Positions 1 to 13,895 of a stretch of 64,000 bases of DNA are shown here, in pieces. The stretch spans positions 1 through 64,000 of the forward strand of contig NW_026869311.1 in assembly GCF_020745735.1 (NCBI RefSeq). The letters run 5' to 3'. The notes below the pieces were generated by a model. The model did no database searches. It saw nothing but the letters and a program-made list of their open reading frames with translations, and was not told where the DNA came from. Numbering within the stretch: the first letter of the stretch is position 1; each line of letters opens with the position of its first letter. This stretch comes from Hemiscyllium ocellatum (taxonomy: Eukaryota). The translations under genes and the position numbers were made by a program.

Positions 1-1699
<1,699 letters not shown>

Positions 1700-1759
1700 C
1701 TTCACACTTACTAACAGAAGGCAAACTCAAAAACACAAGCTAATTCTAGCTACTATGAG

Positions 1760-1865
1760 CCTAGTATTTATACCAATGGGAATCCTGCATTCCAACAGGA
1801 AATGTTATCACCAATAATGATTGGCTATTGGCGATTACCAATAAGGAATCTCTTGTGAATCCAGG
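1760..1865 (-). promoter_or_regulatory. Ferritin copy 1 promoter: TATAAATA box plus CCAAT cluster
   Basis: TATAAATA at 1772-1765, about 66 nt upstream of the ATG, with several CCAAT/ATTGG motifs immediately upstream. Confidence 0.65.
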
Positions 1866-2034
1866 TATTAATTAGAGAGAGGGAAAAGTAACCAGCTTTT
1901 TAACAATTTGGGACCATGGGATCAGGAGGAAACCATCCAAGCCCTCTAACCTGTTTCACTGTTTAACCACATCTCGGCTGGTTTGCATCTCAGTTCCATA
2001 TCACCCACCTTCTACCAGATCACAAAATCAAAGA

Positions 2035-2370
2035 ATTTCAATGCAAATTTACCAAAGATCTTTGGACAGCACCTTCCAAATTCATGACCACTTCTATCTA
2101 GAAGGACAAGGGCAACAGATACATGGGAACACCATCCACAAGTTCCCCTCCAAGATACCCACCATCCTGGCTTGGAAATATATGCTGTCCCTTCAATGTC
2201 ACTGGGTCAAAACCCTGGAATTCCCTCCCTAAGGGCATTGTGGGTCAACCTACAGCACATGGACTGCAACGATTCAAGAAGGCAGCTCACCCCCACCTTC
2301 TCAAGGGGGTGTAGAGGGACGGGGAATACATGCTGGGACAGCCCACTGACACCCAGGTCCCACAACTGAA
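2035..2370 (+). mobile_element. 3' fragment of a CR1/L2-type LINE or derived repeat
   Basis: Matches the 3' end of the RT-bearing fragment at 46650-47520 (TTCAAGAAGGCAGCTCACCCCCACCTTCTCAAGGG). An inverted copy lies at ~2960-3280. Confidence 0.6.
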
Positions 2371-2722
2371 TATAAAAACATTAAAGTGCCAAAGGAGGCC
2401 ATTCGGCCCATGGTGCCTGCACCAGCTCGATTGTGCTCATCTCTTGCCTTTTCTCCATATCCTTGCACATCGCTACTGTCCCAGAAGAAAACCCAATGTC
2501 TTCAACTTTTCAATTGAACCTGCCTCCCCCACATTTCCAGGAAGCACTTTTCATACCCTAACTACTCTCTGTGTAAATTTCTTTTTCTGACATCACTCTT
2601 ACCCTGTTTCCACATTGCTTTAACTATCCCTTCACCCATTTACTTAACTACAGCCAACAATCCCCGACGGAAATTTTCAATTGGTTCCCAAGGTGCTGGG
2701 AGAGCAGGCCTTACATTTTCAG

Positions 2723-2723
<1 letters not shown>

Positions 2724-2753
<30 letters not shown>
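2724..2753. repeat. (TG)n microsatellite
   Basis: About 15 uninterrupted TG units. Confidence 0.95.
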
Positions 2754-2757
<4 letters not shown>

Positions 2758-4547
2758 TGTTTCTGAACACCATCCCTCATGGATGGGCTCTCACCTTCAG
2801 GATCTGCTGCTCCCCTGATAGTCCCCTCAAGTCTGGAAATATCCCACTCAAAGAAACCAATTTTCTCCATTGACCTGATCAAATCAATTAATCACCTTCA
2901 AATCTTAATTATAATTATTTGCTTTTTTTGTACTCATGGAAACACAAAAATGTTTAAAATTCTGTCATTGGCCTCACTGGCTGGGTCAGCATTTAATGCC
3001 CATCCCTCGTTGTCCCTTGAGAAGTTAGGGGTGAGCTGCCTTTTTGAACTGTTGCAGTCCGTGGTGTGTGGGGACACCCTTTATACTGAGGGAGGGAATT
3101 CCAAGACTTTGACCCAGTGACACTGAGGAACGGTGATATATTTCTAAGGCAAGATGGTGAATGGCTTGGAGGGAGCCTTGTGGGTGGTGTTCCAATGTAT
3201 CTGGTGTCCTTGTCTTTCTAGATGGAAGTGGGTGTGGATTTGGAAGGTTCTGTCTAAGGATCTGAATTGTATCTTCAATGCAAATGGTCCTCATTTTTAA
3301 CCCTGCCGTCACCCCAGTGAATTGGTGCTGCATTCCCTCAGAGATGAATAGATCAGGACTGAATACAATATTGTAGATGTGTACTCACTGGCATTTAATA
3401 AAACTGTAACAGAACTGTCAGATGCATAACCTGAGGGGGCATCATTTAAAGGTGAAAGGCAGGACAGGTCGAAGAAAGCATTTGTCACCTGGAGGGTGGG
3501 TGGGCTGCCAGGCAGGGGCGTAGAGATGGGAACCCCACAACCTTTAAAAAGTACACGGAGGAACACTTGAAGTGACATTATATTAAGTCCATGGACTAAG
3601 TGCTGGAAAGTGGGACTAATGTAGACAGGTCAGCACAGACCCAATGGAAGGAAGGACCTCATCTGTGCTGAGAGACTGTGTGACTCAAACATCGAGCTCT
3701 TTGTAGTTCAGGCATTTTTCTGTCTATCCATTTGTTATGGACTAGGCCAGACCACTCAAACCATTCTTAAGCAGGTATCCCAGACCATAACTTTGTAATT
3801 TGTTTCGGTAAGTATCCAGTGAAGATTACCCGGATTAAGTTAGCGAGATTGACTACCAGGTTTAAAACAGACAAAAAATTTATTCACAAAATTACACAAT
3901 GAAACATGAAGAACAGAATAAAGAACGCCTACAGAACTCAGTCTATCCAAACTAGTCTTAATTCAAATATACACGACAGTCCGAATAAGCAAACCCACTT
4001 TAACACACAGCACAAAAAAGGGTCAGATGCTTACAGGTTGAAGTTAGAAGGCAGAAGAGAGACTTTGCACACAGCTCATTTTTAACTCCCAAAACGGTTC
4101 TGGACTGAACTAAACTGCTCAGCTCGAGAGCTGACCACTCCCCTTTCATTATACAGGTCACTTCTAAAACATGACCACTTTGGCCTAAAGGCTCATCTGT
4201 TTATATATAAACAAAAGGCCTCTCAATACCCTTTCATCTCTGTCCCAAACCAGCACTGAGAGCAGTGTATTACCACTCTAAAAAAAAACCAAGGACATAA
4301 TAGCTTTGAGAAAAGGGACAGCTTTTAGAAAAAAGAAACCAGCTTTGTCCATCTAAACAGTCTGGCATTTTTGTCCTTAAATTTTTCCACAAATGTCACC
4401 AGGGTATGATCAGTGAATACAATTGACTCAGATGCATTGCTGGTACTATAGACACTGAAATATTGTAATGCCAACACCAAGCTTAAAGTCTCTTGCTCCA
4501 CCGTTGAATATTTCTGTTGATGAATGTCCAACTTGCTGGAAAAATAC

Positions 4548-5211
4548 TGTTAGGCCGGAACCTCGGGGTTCCAGTCTTTGCGAGTTCTTTGGAAGGAGAG
4601 ACCGCACCAGCTTCTTTAGTTTGGAGCAGAGCACCGTTTATTTTACAGAATCAAAACTGGCAAACTGTACAACGAATTCTACAGCATGCAATTCGTTGGA
4701 GAAGGCGTTCTAACCCCTCTGCTCAAATTCGCCCCAGTTATACCCCTCGCTGGCCAGTGTTCCCGGTCAGGTGTCCACGTCTGGCCTTCCTGTTGGTTAC
4801 TCGTTCCCGGGCAAAGCGTTCCGCTCTCTGGTTGGATGGTTTGAGCTGTCTGTCCGTTTGCCTCGGAGCGGGCAGTCCCGTAGACATTGTGGGGCCACTG
4901 GTCCCGCTTATTTAATTAGTGGTTTACCAGAAACAATAGTTCATTACCATTTAAGTGAGTAGTTTTGATGGTTCAATTGACACCTCAAATAATCCAATTA
5001 ACAATGTCTACCAGTTACAAATTCCAGAGGTACAATTAATAGGCTGTCTATCAGCTAGCCTCTGATCAGATTAGGAGGCCAGCAGTTTCCAGTTCAGTGA
5101 TCATGATAGTTTAACCATTTCAGGCCCGGTGTTAGAAGCACTTGTTACAGTTATAGTTTTTACCCTCCCTAGATCTAGTGTGCCCACCCCACTAGTACAA
5201 CTACCCCAACA
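4548..5211 (-). repeat. ERV 3' LTR (664 bp)
   Basis: TG...CA termini, preceded on the minus strand by PPT AAGGGAGGGAA (5222-5212). TATAA-like motif ~4740, AATAAA 4641-4636. Confidence 0.95.
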
Positions 5212-6899
5212 TTCCCTCCCTTGGCCTCTATTGAGGCCACACCACCCCATGCCGTAAGAAACGCAACACCACGAGGTGACCGGGGTCTGGTGTGCCGGCA
5301 GACACCCCCACAGATGTCCCTTTGTCGTACCCGAGCACGTTGTCTTGACCAGAATCACCGGTTCTAGGGAGACAGTCATGTTGGGATGAAGGGTGCCCTA
5401 CGCAACATGCCGCAACACAATTTACAAATAGATAATTAAAACTACATGCAAATCTAAGTTAATAGATAAAACAACTCCGGCAGGCTTCTGCTGAAAGGAC
5501 AAAAGCACAGAATTAATCAAGCATGGCAAAAAACATGGCAAAAAGACAAACAGAGCACTGTACACGAGTACATAACAGTCGCAAGAGATTTGGAGTGGAG
5601 GAATTAAAATAAGTAAGGTGTCCGCAGAACGCAAGTCTGTAGTCCAAAGGGTACCCAAGTGTAAACATGTTCTGTGAATTGTGAATTAGAACACTAGCAG
5701 CAGTTAGGTACCTGCTAGCGAGCGGAAACCCAGTGAGAAAGTGTACTGTGCCCCGGTGTTCCCGCAGATCAGAATGCTCCACAGGCCAGCAGCTCCGTCC
5801 AGACGTCCGACATGGAAGACAGAGGCCAGAGATCTTATTAAATCATGACGAACGTGGGCCACCAGTTCCGATGTCAATGCGCGTCTGTGCCTGGCTTAGG
5901 TTGTCCCTCGCCCGAGGGATCTTACCCGTCATTGGCTAACCAGTCGTACTGCATTGAATTGTAGATATCGGCATCCGTTTCACCGCCATCAAGAACGGAC
6001 ACAGGCAGTGGCAACCGGCTCAATAGCGTGTTCAGTGGCCCTCGAGACCAGCTGAAGCCAACCGGGAAGCACTGGAGATTACGGAAGACCGGCTCCACGG
6101 TTCATGAATGGAAGTCACCCCACTGCATGTATTCCATATGTCCCTGCATGTTTGTAGGAGATCACACGCAGGCTGTCGTGTACTCAGAGTTGGTGGCGGC
6201 GCAGGCATCTGTTGAGGAGTGCAGAGCCCAGCGTATGGGGGGTTCGGTTAAAAAGTAATGATACCACATTACATTTAGACCAGAGAGATGGGGCTGCAGA
6301 AATGTGGTGAAAAGAGTCCTGCCCTCCCCAGGGTGACATTTGGTGAGGTGAGCCAGAAAACATCCTACTAGTATGGGAAATAAAAGCATTGTATTTAACA
6401 ACTGCCATTAGCACATTCCTGTGAAGGCGGAGCCATTGGGTGAGCTGATCTGGAAAAGCTCCTTGCTATTAGACTCAACGGACATCACTATGCCAGTACT
6501 TCTGGATGTGAAGTCTCATCTAGTAAAAGGAAGAAGGGGCCAGTGCGAAATGTCCAATGCATTCACTAAGACTGCCCCCCACCCAGTTGTGCAACAGAAC
6601 TGGAGAAACCAGATATCAATCAAGACAATGAGAGAGAAAGAAAAAAAAAGTGAAGGTAGGCCTAACCCCTAACCTTTCTCACAGCCCATGGACCTGTACG
6701 AAGCTGTCACCTAAAAAAATAGAGTGATCCCAGTGTGAGGTAAAAGGAGTGGTTCCGTGTAAAAAGAAGAAATAGTACCTTGTACAAAGGAGTGCAGAGC
6801 AATTTGTGAACTCCAATCAGAGAGAAAAAAGGTCCCTGACCACTGGCTGCCACAAAAGGCAATTGAAACAGGGGGAAATAGATCATCCTGTAGGGGAAT

Positions 6900-7730
6900 T
6901 GTTCGTCTTATTTTTAAAGAGTCAGAAAAAAGCGAAAAATGCAACCACCCCACTGATTCAGTATTGGGAGAGGTAACTGCGGAAAAGCAGTCACGCAAAA
7001 AGATACCAAGTAGCAGCATTTCTTAATCAGAAAAAGGTAAAAAGCAAACGTGCGCAGGCTGTGGAAGACATTCAGTAGGAAAGGCTGCGGCCAATTGGGA
7101 AATAGCACTATACAGGGCAGATAAATTCCGGGACAATGATGAAAATGCAAGATAGTACGAGTCTCGGTTATAGCTTGCCGTGCATCTGCACTAGCAGCTG
7201 CAGGCGCAAAAACGTCGTCATGCACATGAAATAAACAATGTTGAAAAGTAAAAATATCCGGCCAAGAGCTCTACCGAAAAAATAGGGTGACCCCCTAGAG
7301 GGGGTCAAAGGATTGGCAACAGTTAAAAGGGAAGAAATAAGTACACTGTATAGGGGAAGGCAAACTATGTCCACTGTCACCACAGGTGATTAAAACAGAT
7401 TGTCGTATGCGCAGGTTACTTCCTTAGGAGGCAAACCGAAAAACAGGAGGAATATAAAGTAGGTAATCAGTTCAGATGAGCTGGACATGGGTGAATGCAC
7501 CACGCATCGCGCAGGAACTGTAACAACTGCAGCGTGTACACTATGTAAATGACAAACCAGAAAGTTGTCGGGTGTGAGATCACGAACATACAGGGTCAGC
7601 TCTGCTGCAGTATGGGTGACCCGTGGCAACAGGACAATAGAGCAGCTAAATTTCCACTGTGTGGTTACGAAAAGACATGGCACAGGGGGCCCCCAATCTC
7701 CCAGGGCGCGCAGCATAACTCGCACGTAGG
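6900..7730 (-). pseudogene. ERV env relic
   Basis: Position between IN and the 3' LTR, plus weak motif resemblances: CLFVTTQWKFSCSIVLLP (~LPxxWxGxC of SU), FGLPPKEV (~IGVPRGVP) and a terminal CC like the TM CX6CC. Highly degraded; alignments by eye only. Confidence 0.5.
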
Positions 7731-8689
7731 GGAGAACCCCGAGCTGTTCGTAAATATTGTTGAGAGGTAATTTAAAAACACAAAGGCAACTCCGAAAGCA
7801 TGGGTAACATCAGCAAAAAGGGCGTATTGTTCCCTGCTCTTCCCAGATATTCATGTACGCCCTGCCCGTGTTTTAGCCTGAGGGTCCCCATGCGTCCAGG
7901 GAGAGGGTGGTGGGGAAGCTATCTGGTGGGGACCGCCGTATAAGATTTCAGAAAAGGTCAAACGAGGCCGTCTCGTCTGTCCGTGGTCCTAAATTATCTC
8001 ATGGCAGGTTTCTCTCTCAAAAGTCGCTATGTGACCAGGGGACATAATTCTCCTCCCCCACACTAGTGGCGAGGAGAGGCGCTTGGACGGTTGGTCTATT
8101 AGCAACGGCCCCCTTTAGCGGGCTACACCCTTCCTCACGACCCGCAATAATCTCCCCCTCGTCCAGCTGGGAGGTGATGTCAAGAGGGGATTCGAACTCA
8201 TTATCCCAGGTGGGTTCCCCAGGGCCAAGGTTGAAGTCAAATTTAGACAAAATGCACGTAAAACATCAACGACGAGCACAATCTTACTTTTACGACTACC
8301 CGCCTGCTCGCAGCGGAATCCATGATGAACAAGGTGGATCACTCAGGACAAGGGTCAATGAAGACGTTAGAGAGCCAGAAGCATTCCCAAAATACCAGCA
8401 AAGATATCACAGGACAGACCTCGTTCGGTGTTGACGGACAATGACCCTAACATTACGCAGAGACCTAGGCAAAGCAGGGCTCTGTTACGCCCCCTCATTT
8501 CCCACGTCCTTGTCGGGCTCAGTCTCCTGAATTGAATTCAGGGCAACGTTTGGCCTCCATGACCTGGGGCAATGGGGGAAATGGTGCCAGTTATTGTCAT
8601 CCTCCCTTCAGACCCTGCACCCAAGTTTTCCATATGTTACCGCAGTCAGGGGCCCACCAGCGGTTGTGAACGGACTTACTGCCTTGGGC

Positions 8690-11430
8690 AACTCTCACAT
8701 GCGTTGCCCCATGTGTTTTCAGCCCGTTCAGTATAAGGGATGGTGATGATTATGGAGAGGGGGCCTTTGTCACGGGGACCCTGGTGAGTAATGTAAAACT
8801 CTGGGCAATTAGGAGATTTGCGGTGGGACGAAATTGGACTGTTTGCCTGAGGGGACTTGTCCCCCTGAACGAGATACAGAACGAGAGGTGCAAGTATAAT
8901 CCTTGTGTATGCAAGAATCTGTGTGTGTGAAGGGCCGTGTGTCATAGCCAAAAGAGAGTGCGCAGGTGCTGCGGGCATATCGGACGTCGTATCTGTGTGA
9001 AACAGAGAGTGAGAGCCACAAGGGGCTGCTCAGCTAGCAGAGAGGTTAACACTGTTCTAGCTCGAAATCATCTGATTGTTAGTGAGTGGATGTGTGAGTG
9101 TTGTTAGCTAGAGCTTGCGCCCCCCTTTTTGACTGTGATATTTATGGATGTGTAACATGATCTTCTCAGGGAAGCTTCTGGTATCCTTGTAGCTTATTTA
9201 ACGTGATAAAAGCCAGAGAATGAAGGGTAATTCAAATGAGTAAGAGTAAAAAATACGTAAGTTGAGATGCATGTAACATCCCTCTGAATACTCCTGTAAG
9301 AAGGGTATGAGTAGAGTGTCCTAATCCGCAGAGGATGTCAGCTCCTATGGTGCAGAGACAAAGAGTGGAATACTGAGGGCGCGCAGAACACAAGTCCCTT
9401 CCCAGTTCAGGGGCAACCAATTGTACCGAATCTGCCCCCCACAATTTCACCACAAATCTGCGCGACTCACCGTTAATGCTGCCGCTTGGCAGCCCGTGAG
9501 TATCCCTGGGTAAGCCGTCCGGGCTTGGTGAAACAAGTGAAGTTTACTAGCGGGTGGAAAGCAGTGTTTCCCCAACCTGCACTCCGATGTGGGGGTAGGT
9601 CGCCGGAAAACACATGTTTTTTGTTTAAATCGTGACGAGGAGTATAGAGAATGATAGAATTTCACAAGAGAGTTTGCTGCATCAACATCCAGCAATCACA
9701 TGCGAATTACCAATGCAGCGACTGAGTTCCAGAAGGTGGAATATTTCAGGTGAAGTGCAGCTGAAATGGAAAAAGGGAAGTTTGAAGTCATGCTCTGCAG
9801 GAAATAGGAAGTATTACCTGGTAGAGGAATACAGTCCGTTGCCTACCGGCCAGAAAAAGAGGAGTAATCATTTAGTTCGCGCACATGGTGAATGACACGG
9901 GTAACGAGTTGTGAGTACAATCTATACAGGTCAGGACAGAAATCCTTTGTGTAGCACTGTCCTCTGTGTAAGGCAAAGTTTGTAGGTAGTAGGAGGCCTT
10001 AAGAGTTACCCGGGGAAAAGAATCATAAAGGAACCTGGTGACCCTGCCGTTTTCAGCGCGAATCTGCGCCTTGCAGGAGGTATGAACAGGTGAATTGGAA
10101 ACAACTACTCGCAGTTGAAGAGACTGAAGGATATGGGCAAGAGCTGAGCTTCGATCCCTATGCTACAGACAAAAGTTGTTGCAACGTGTGCATTGCTAGG
10201 CTATTCACACTTGGCAGTCAGTCAGGGACAAATGGGTGAGAACAGAGCATGGCCACCGTGACCGCCTAAGATACAGACAAGTAGGTATAAAATCAAATCT
10301 AGCGGTCAGAATCTGGTAGCAGGAAAGCGTAGCGACCCAGACGTCCCAAGCCCGGTAAAAGGGTCTATTGTAGGAACATGAAAGAAAGTGTAAAGATAAG
10401 CATAACGTATTGACAAGAAGAATAACAGCACAAACCCCCCAGGATCTCACCCTCGTCCTCTGAGGAGGTAGTGTCAGGCGGGGAGGTGAGCTCACACCCC
10501 CCTGCACAAGTTCGCCCTGGAGGTGGGCTCCCGTGACTATTCGAGTGTCGTTTTATGCTGCAAGGGGGTGTACCCCCGTCGGGGCTTGTGAACTCTGCGG
10601 GGCAGCAGCAGGGGCCGCGGACAGTAGGGGAATGATAAGGACGAGGCCAAGGCTCTCTACCCCTGTGGGAGGCGATTGTATGTATGGCGCTTTCAAGCAC
10701 AGGTGAAGGCAAAAACGCTCCGGATAGTGTAGGCGCAGCGGAAAGGCAAAAGAAAACGCAGGCCAGGTCTGTGACAGAGAAAAAATGACAGGCAGGCGTG
10801 AGCGCCTGCAGTGCAACAGCGGGGTCCGGAACCTTCAGGTTTAAAGTGACTGTGGCCCCGTTTATCCTTCGGGGGTCATGTAACGAATCCTGGTAGCAAA
10901 CCTCAGGGAGCGTAATACTGGGAAAAAGGGATGAGACGCAGAGTACAGCAGCAGGAGCACAGTGAGTGAAAAGCTTTTGATGGAGAGATGAGGCCAGAAG
11001 ATGAGTTACTGTGACCTGGTAGAAAACCTCAGGGAGTATAAGACCTAAAAAAGGGGATGACACTCGGAGACCAGCGGAATTTCAGGCCTGCGGACACTAG
11101 TTGAATTCAATGCTTCAAGAAGATGAGTGAAAGATAGAAAATGACGATAGAAACGACCTCAGATCCGACAGAGAACATCGAGTGGAAATAAAGGGTGAGC
11201 AGGGGTGTAGGATGGGGCACTACATACGGCAATAGAAGTCGGAATAAGATTTCAATGGGACAATTTGATACTGGCTGGCAGTTACAGGCTCTATGATCTA
11301 ATTATCAAAGAATGTAGCTTCAGACAGGTAGCCCTGCTGTTGCTAGCTGCACCCCGCATGGCTGTGAATAACCGTTTGGGGACTGGAGCTGGCAGTGTCT
11401 GTTGCAGCAATGGCACTACCCTCCCTAGCC
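8690..11430 (-). pseudogene. ERV pro-pol relic (protease, RT, integrase), catalytically dead
   Basis: PR-like ATDTAS and LFPLDVLCRI (~LLGRDLL). RT-like HDPRRING...VPDPAVALQALTPACHFFSVTDLACVFFCL, FAFTCA*KRHTYNRLPQG*, and ILLVNTLCL at the LQYVDDLLL position. IN C-terminal PRDKGPLSIIITIP (~PRWKGPYxVLLTTP). Many stops and frameshifts. Confidence 0.8.
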
Positions 11431-12223
11431 CCAACCTTTAGGAGGAGGACGAATAATAGTACGAAATAAGTGCGCATATACTCGTAAAAAGACGAAAAGA
11501 GCGCGCATGTGATTGTAATGAAAAGATGAATGAGCGCACATAACACTTTAGCGTAAGGGAAAATCTGTGGATCTGAGAGAAAGGATGAAATGGGTGTGTA
11601 AGATAGGTCAGCAAAAAATTGGAGGACATAGGCGGAAAGATGAATGAGTGCCCCCATCTCATTAAAGAATCTGTGAGCATGGGAGTGGAAAAAATGGCTG
11701 AAGCACCCATGTCGGCGGACAAAAATGAGTGACTGGTCGCGAGGAAAAAAGATGAATGAGCTAGGCCAAACCCTTTACTGTCTGCTGAGTCGCAGGTCCC
11801 GGTTGGAGACCTGAGATCTGCGGCCACCGGGAAAAAAGGAGGAATAGGCAAAAATAAGTGGGCTGGGGGATGTCAGAGCCTAATGCCGGCTTCGGTAATG
11901 CCGGGCAAACAGCGGTCGCATGAAAACCACTTTAAAAGGGGCGAGTAGTAGTGGCCTCTGTGCCACCGTATGGTAATGCTGCACTGCGCATGTTGTTGTT
12001 CGGTATTTTCTATTTAAAAGTAATAAAAAAAAGGGTACAGCCTGTCGAATAAGATGTAGTTAGAAGCAGGATTCATGTCATCATCATGATAATTTAAGAA
12101 GACCTTCCCATCAGATTATCCCCTGGACCAGGACAATCGCGCCTACGTGTCCCTCCGATGTAGTGGTGGCTTAGTGGTCGACCTGTTAGGGTCGCAGACC
12201 CCTGAAAACGAGTAGCCCCTCCC

Positions 12224-12357
12224 AGAGTGAGCAATCCCGCCAAGAGTGAGCATTCGCGCCAAAACTAAACGGACCCCGCCCAAACTGAGCATTCGCGCCA
12301 AAACTGAGCAAACCCGCCAAAAGTAAGTTGACCCGCCAGAACCAAGCTGACCCCGGG
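12224..12357. repeat. About seven degenerate 19-20-bp tandem units with E2F-like cores, inside the ERV gag region
   Basis: Units such as AAACTGAGCATTCGCGCCA. TTCGCGCCAAA at 12253 and 12292; CCCGCC(A) in most other units. Confidence 0.8.
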
Positions 12358-13235
12358 ACACCCCGGGATTTACCGTCTTGGGACGGCACAACCGTAATGG
12401 TCCAACAATTAAATGCTCCACCATCCCTTACTCTGTCACCTCTCTGTACCCATCTCTACCTTTTCAAGTAAAAGAGTAATTAAAAATGATAGTGGGACAG
12501 TACACAATGTTGGGAGGACAGAAGTCATTAACCCTAAAAATCAATGTGAGTCCACAGAGATAAATCCCAGCCCGTTAAATCCAGGGAACAAAACTCACAT
12601 ACTCGCAGAGCTGCAGATCTGCTCCTGTTTGCTGGACAGCTTTCCACGCTCTCTCTCTCTCAGGGGCTGCCGGTGCAGGTCCGCTGCACCCCGATGCCTC
12701 GCTGCCGACGCGGTCTAGCAGGTCCAGACCTGGGAGTAAGTGTTCCTGCAACACTCCCGTTCGCCACGTCCGTCAAAATCACAGCACTCACTCTTTCTCT
12801 CTCACTGGGCCGGCCCCACACTGGTTGTCACCCGCATACATGCCAAGCCACGCATACTGTCGGTGTCTCCGCATCCCCGTCTCGGCCTGTCGCAGTCCCC
12901 TGCCCTCTGTCTTAGTAACATGCTCCGAGGCGTTACAGCCTCGGCGGTCCGAGATCAGGTCCCCCATGTCGGATCTCCCCTGATGGGAACCGTGATAAAA
13001 ACAGAGCATCTTTCAAAGCCTGACCTTCGCGTGGCAGATCTCTGCTCTTAACAACCGGTCTAAGGCAGACGTCTGTGCGGATAACCCTGTTCAGAAGATG
13101 AGATCCGACCTCTGTCACCCCGGGGTTTGGTAGATGCTAGCAGCAAGTGTGTATAGCAAGATTCGTCGGTCTTAAGTGCTTTGTAACGTGGATCCAAGCA
13201 GTCAAGTATGGTCAGCACTGCAATAGGTAATCTCA

Positions 13236-13635
13236 GGGACGCGCTCGGCTCCGAAAGCCACGCGAATAAAAGGCAACAAGGGACGCGCTCGGCTCCGAAA
13301 GCCACGCGGATTAAACAGGCAACAAGGGACGCGCTCGGCTCCGAAAGCCACGCGGATTAAACAGGCAACAAGGGACGCGCTCGGCTCCGAAAGCCACGCG
13401 GATTAAACAGGCAACAAGGGATGTGCTCGGCTCCGAAAGCCATGCGGATTAAACAGGCAACAAGGGACGCGCTCGGCTCCGAAAGCCACGCGGATTAAAC
13501 AGGCAACAAGGGACGCACTCAGCTCCGAAAGTCACGCGGATTAGACTGACAACAAGGGGCGCGCTCAGCTCCAAAAGCCACGTGAAATCAAACAACAGGG
13601 GCGCGCTCAGCTCCGAAAGCCATGCAAAATCAAAC
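13236..13635 (-). repeat. Tandem array of nine ~46-bp hairpin units in the ERV leader
   Basis: Unit (+) GGGACGCGCTCGGCTCCGAAAGCCACGCGGATTAAACAGGCAACAA. Units start at 13236, 13280, 13326, 13372, 13418, 13464, 13510, 13556, 13598. Confidence 0.95.
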
Positions 13636-13875
13636 CAGTTACAAATTAAAAGGTTAGTGGTAGCTTACCAGTCAGGATTCTGCGATGCTGCTGCCAAACT
13701 GATCAGTTTTTTGGGTTGGTGAGGGTCAGAGAGCAGACAAGAAACTAACTAAAGAAATGTAACTACTGGAAGCCTTAGGTTTAACAGGCGCTTCCTCACC
13801 TTAGAAGGTTTCGGCCGAAGGTTGTCTGCCCCCTGATCCACCAACGTGGCCAACTTGCCGTGGTCTCTTTCCCTT

Positions 13876-13893
13876 CCCGCGTCAGGCTCACCA
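13876..13893 (-). promoter_or_regulatory. Primer-binding site (TGGTGAGCCTGACGCGGG; most like tRNA-Trp, imperfect)
   Basis: TGG-initiated 18-mer 2 nt after the 5' LTR. Partial match to the tRNA-Trp PBS TGGTGACCCCGACGTGAT; tRNA identity uncertain. Confidence 0.7.
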
Positions 13894-13895
13894 GA

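Noticed and set aside
1700-1705. GTG-initiated MK extension of ferritin given by the ORF track
   Set aside because: This is a bacterial-style start call; the ATG in AAGATGG matches the ferritin N-terminus and has a good Kozak context.
4446-4962. ORFs repeated at 13749-14310
   Set aside because: They are chance ORFs in the two LTR copies.
10365-11063. 232-aa ORF as a functional gene
   Set aside because: It is a partial RT relic that shifts out of the RT frame, and the catalytic YxDD position is destroyed.
13236-13635. CRISPR-like array of palindromic repeats
   Set aside because: There are no unique spacers (the whole 46-bp unit repeats), no cas genes, and the context is a vertebrate ERV leader.
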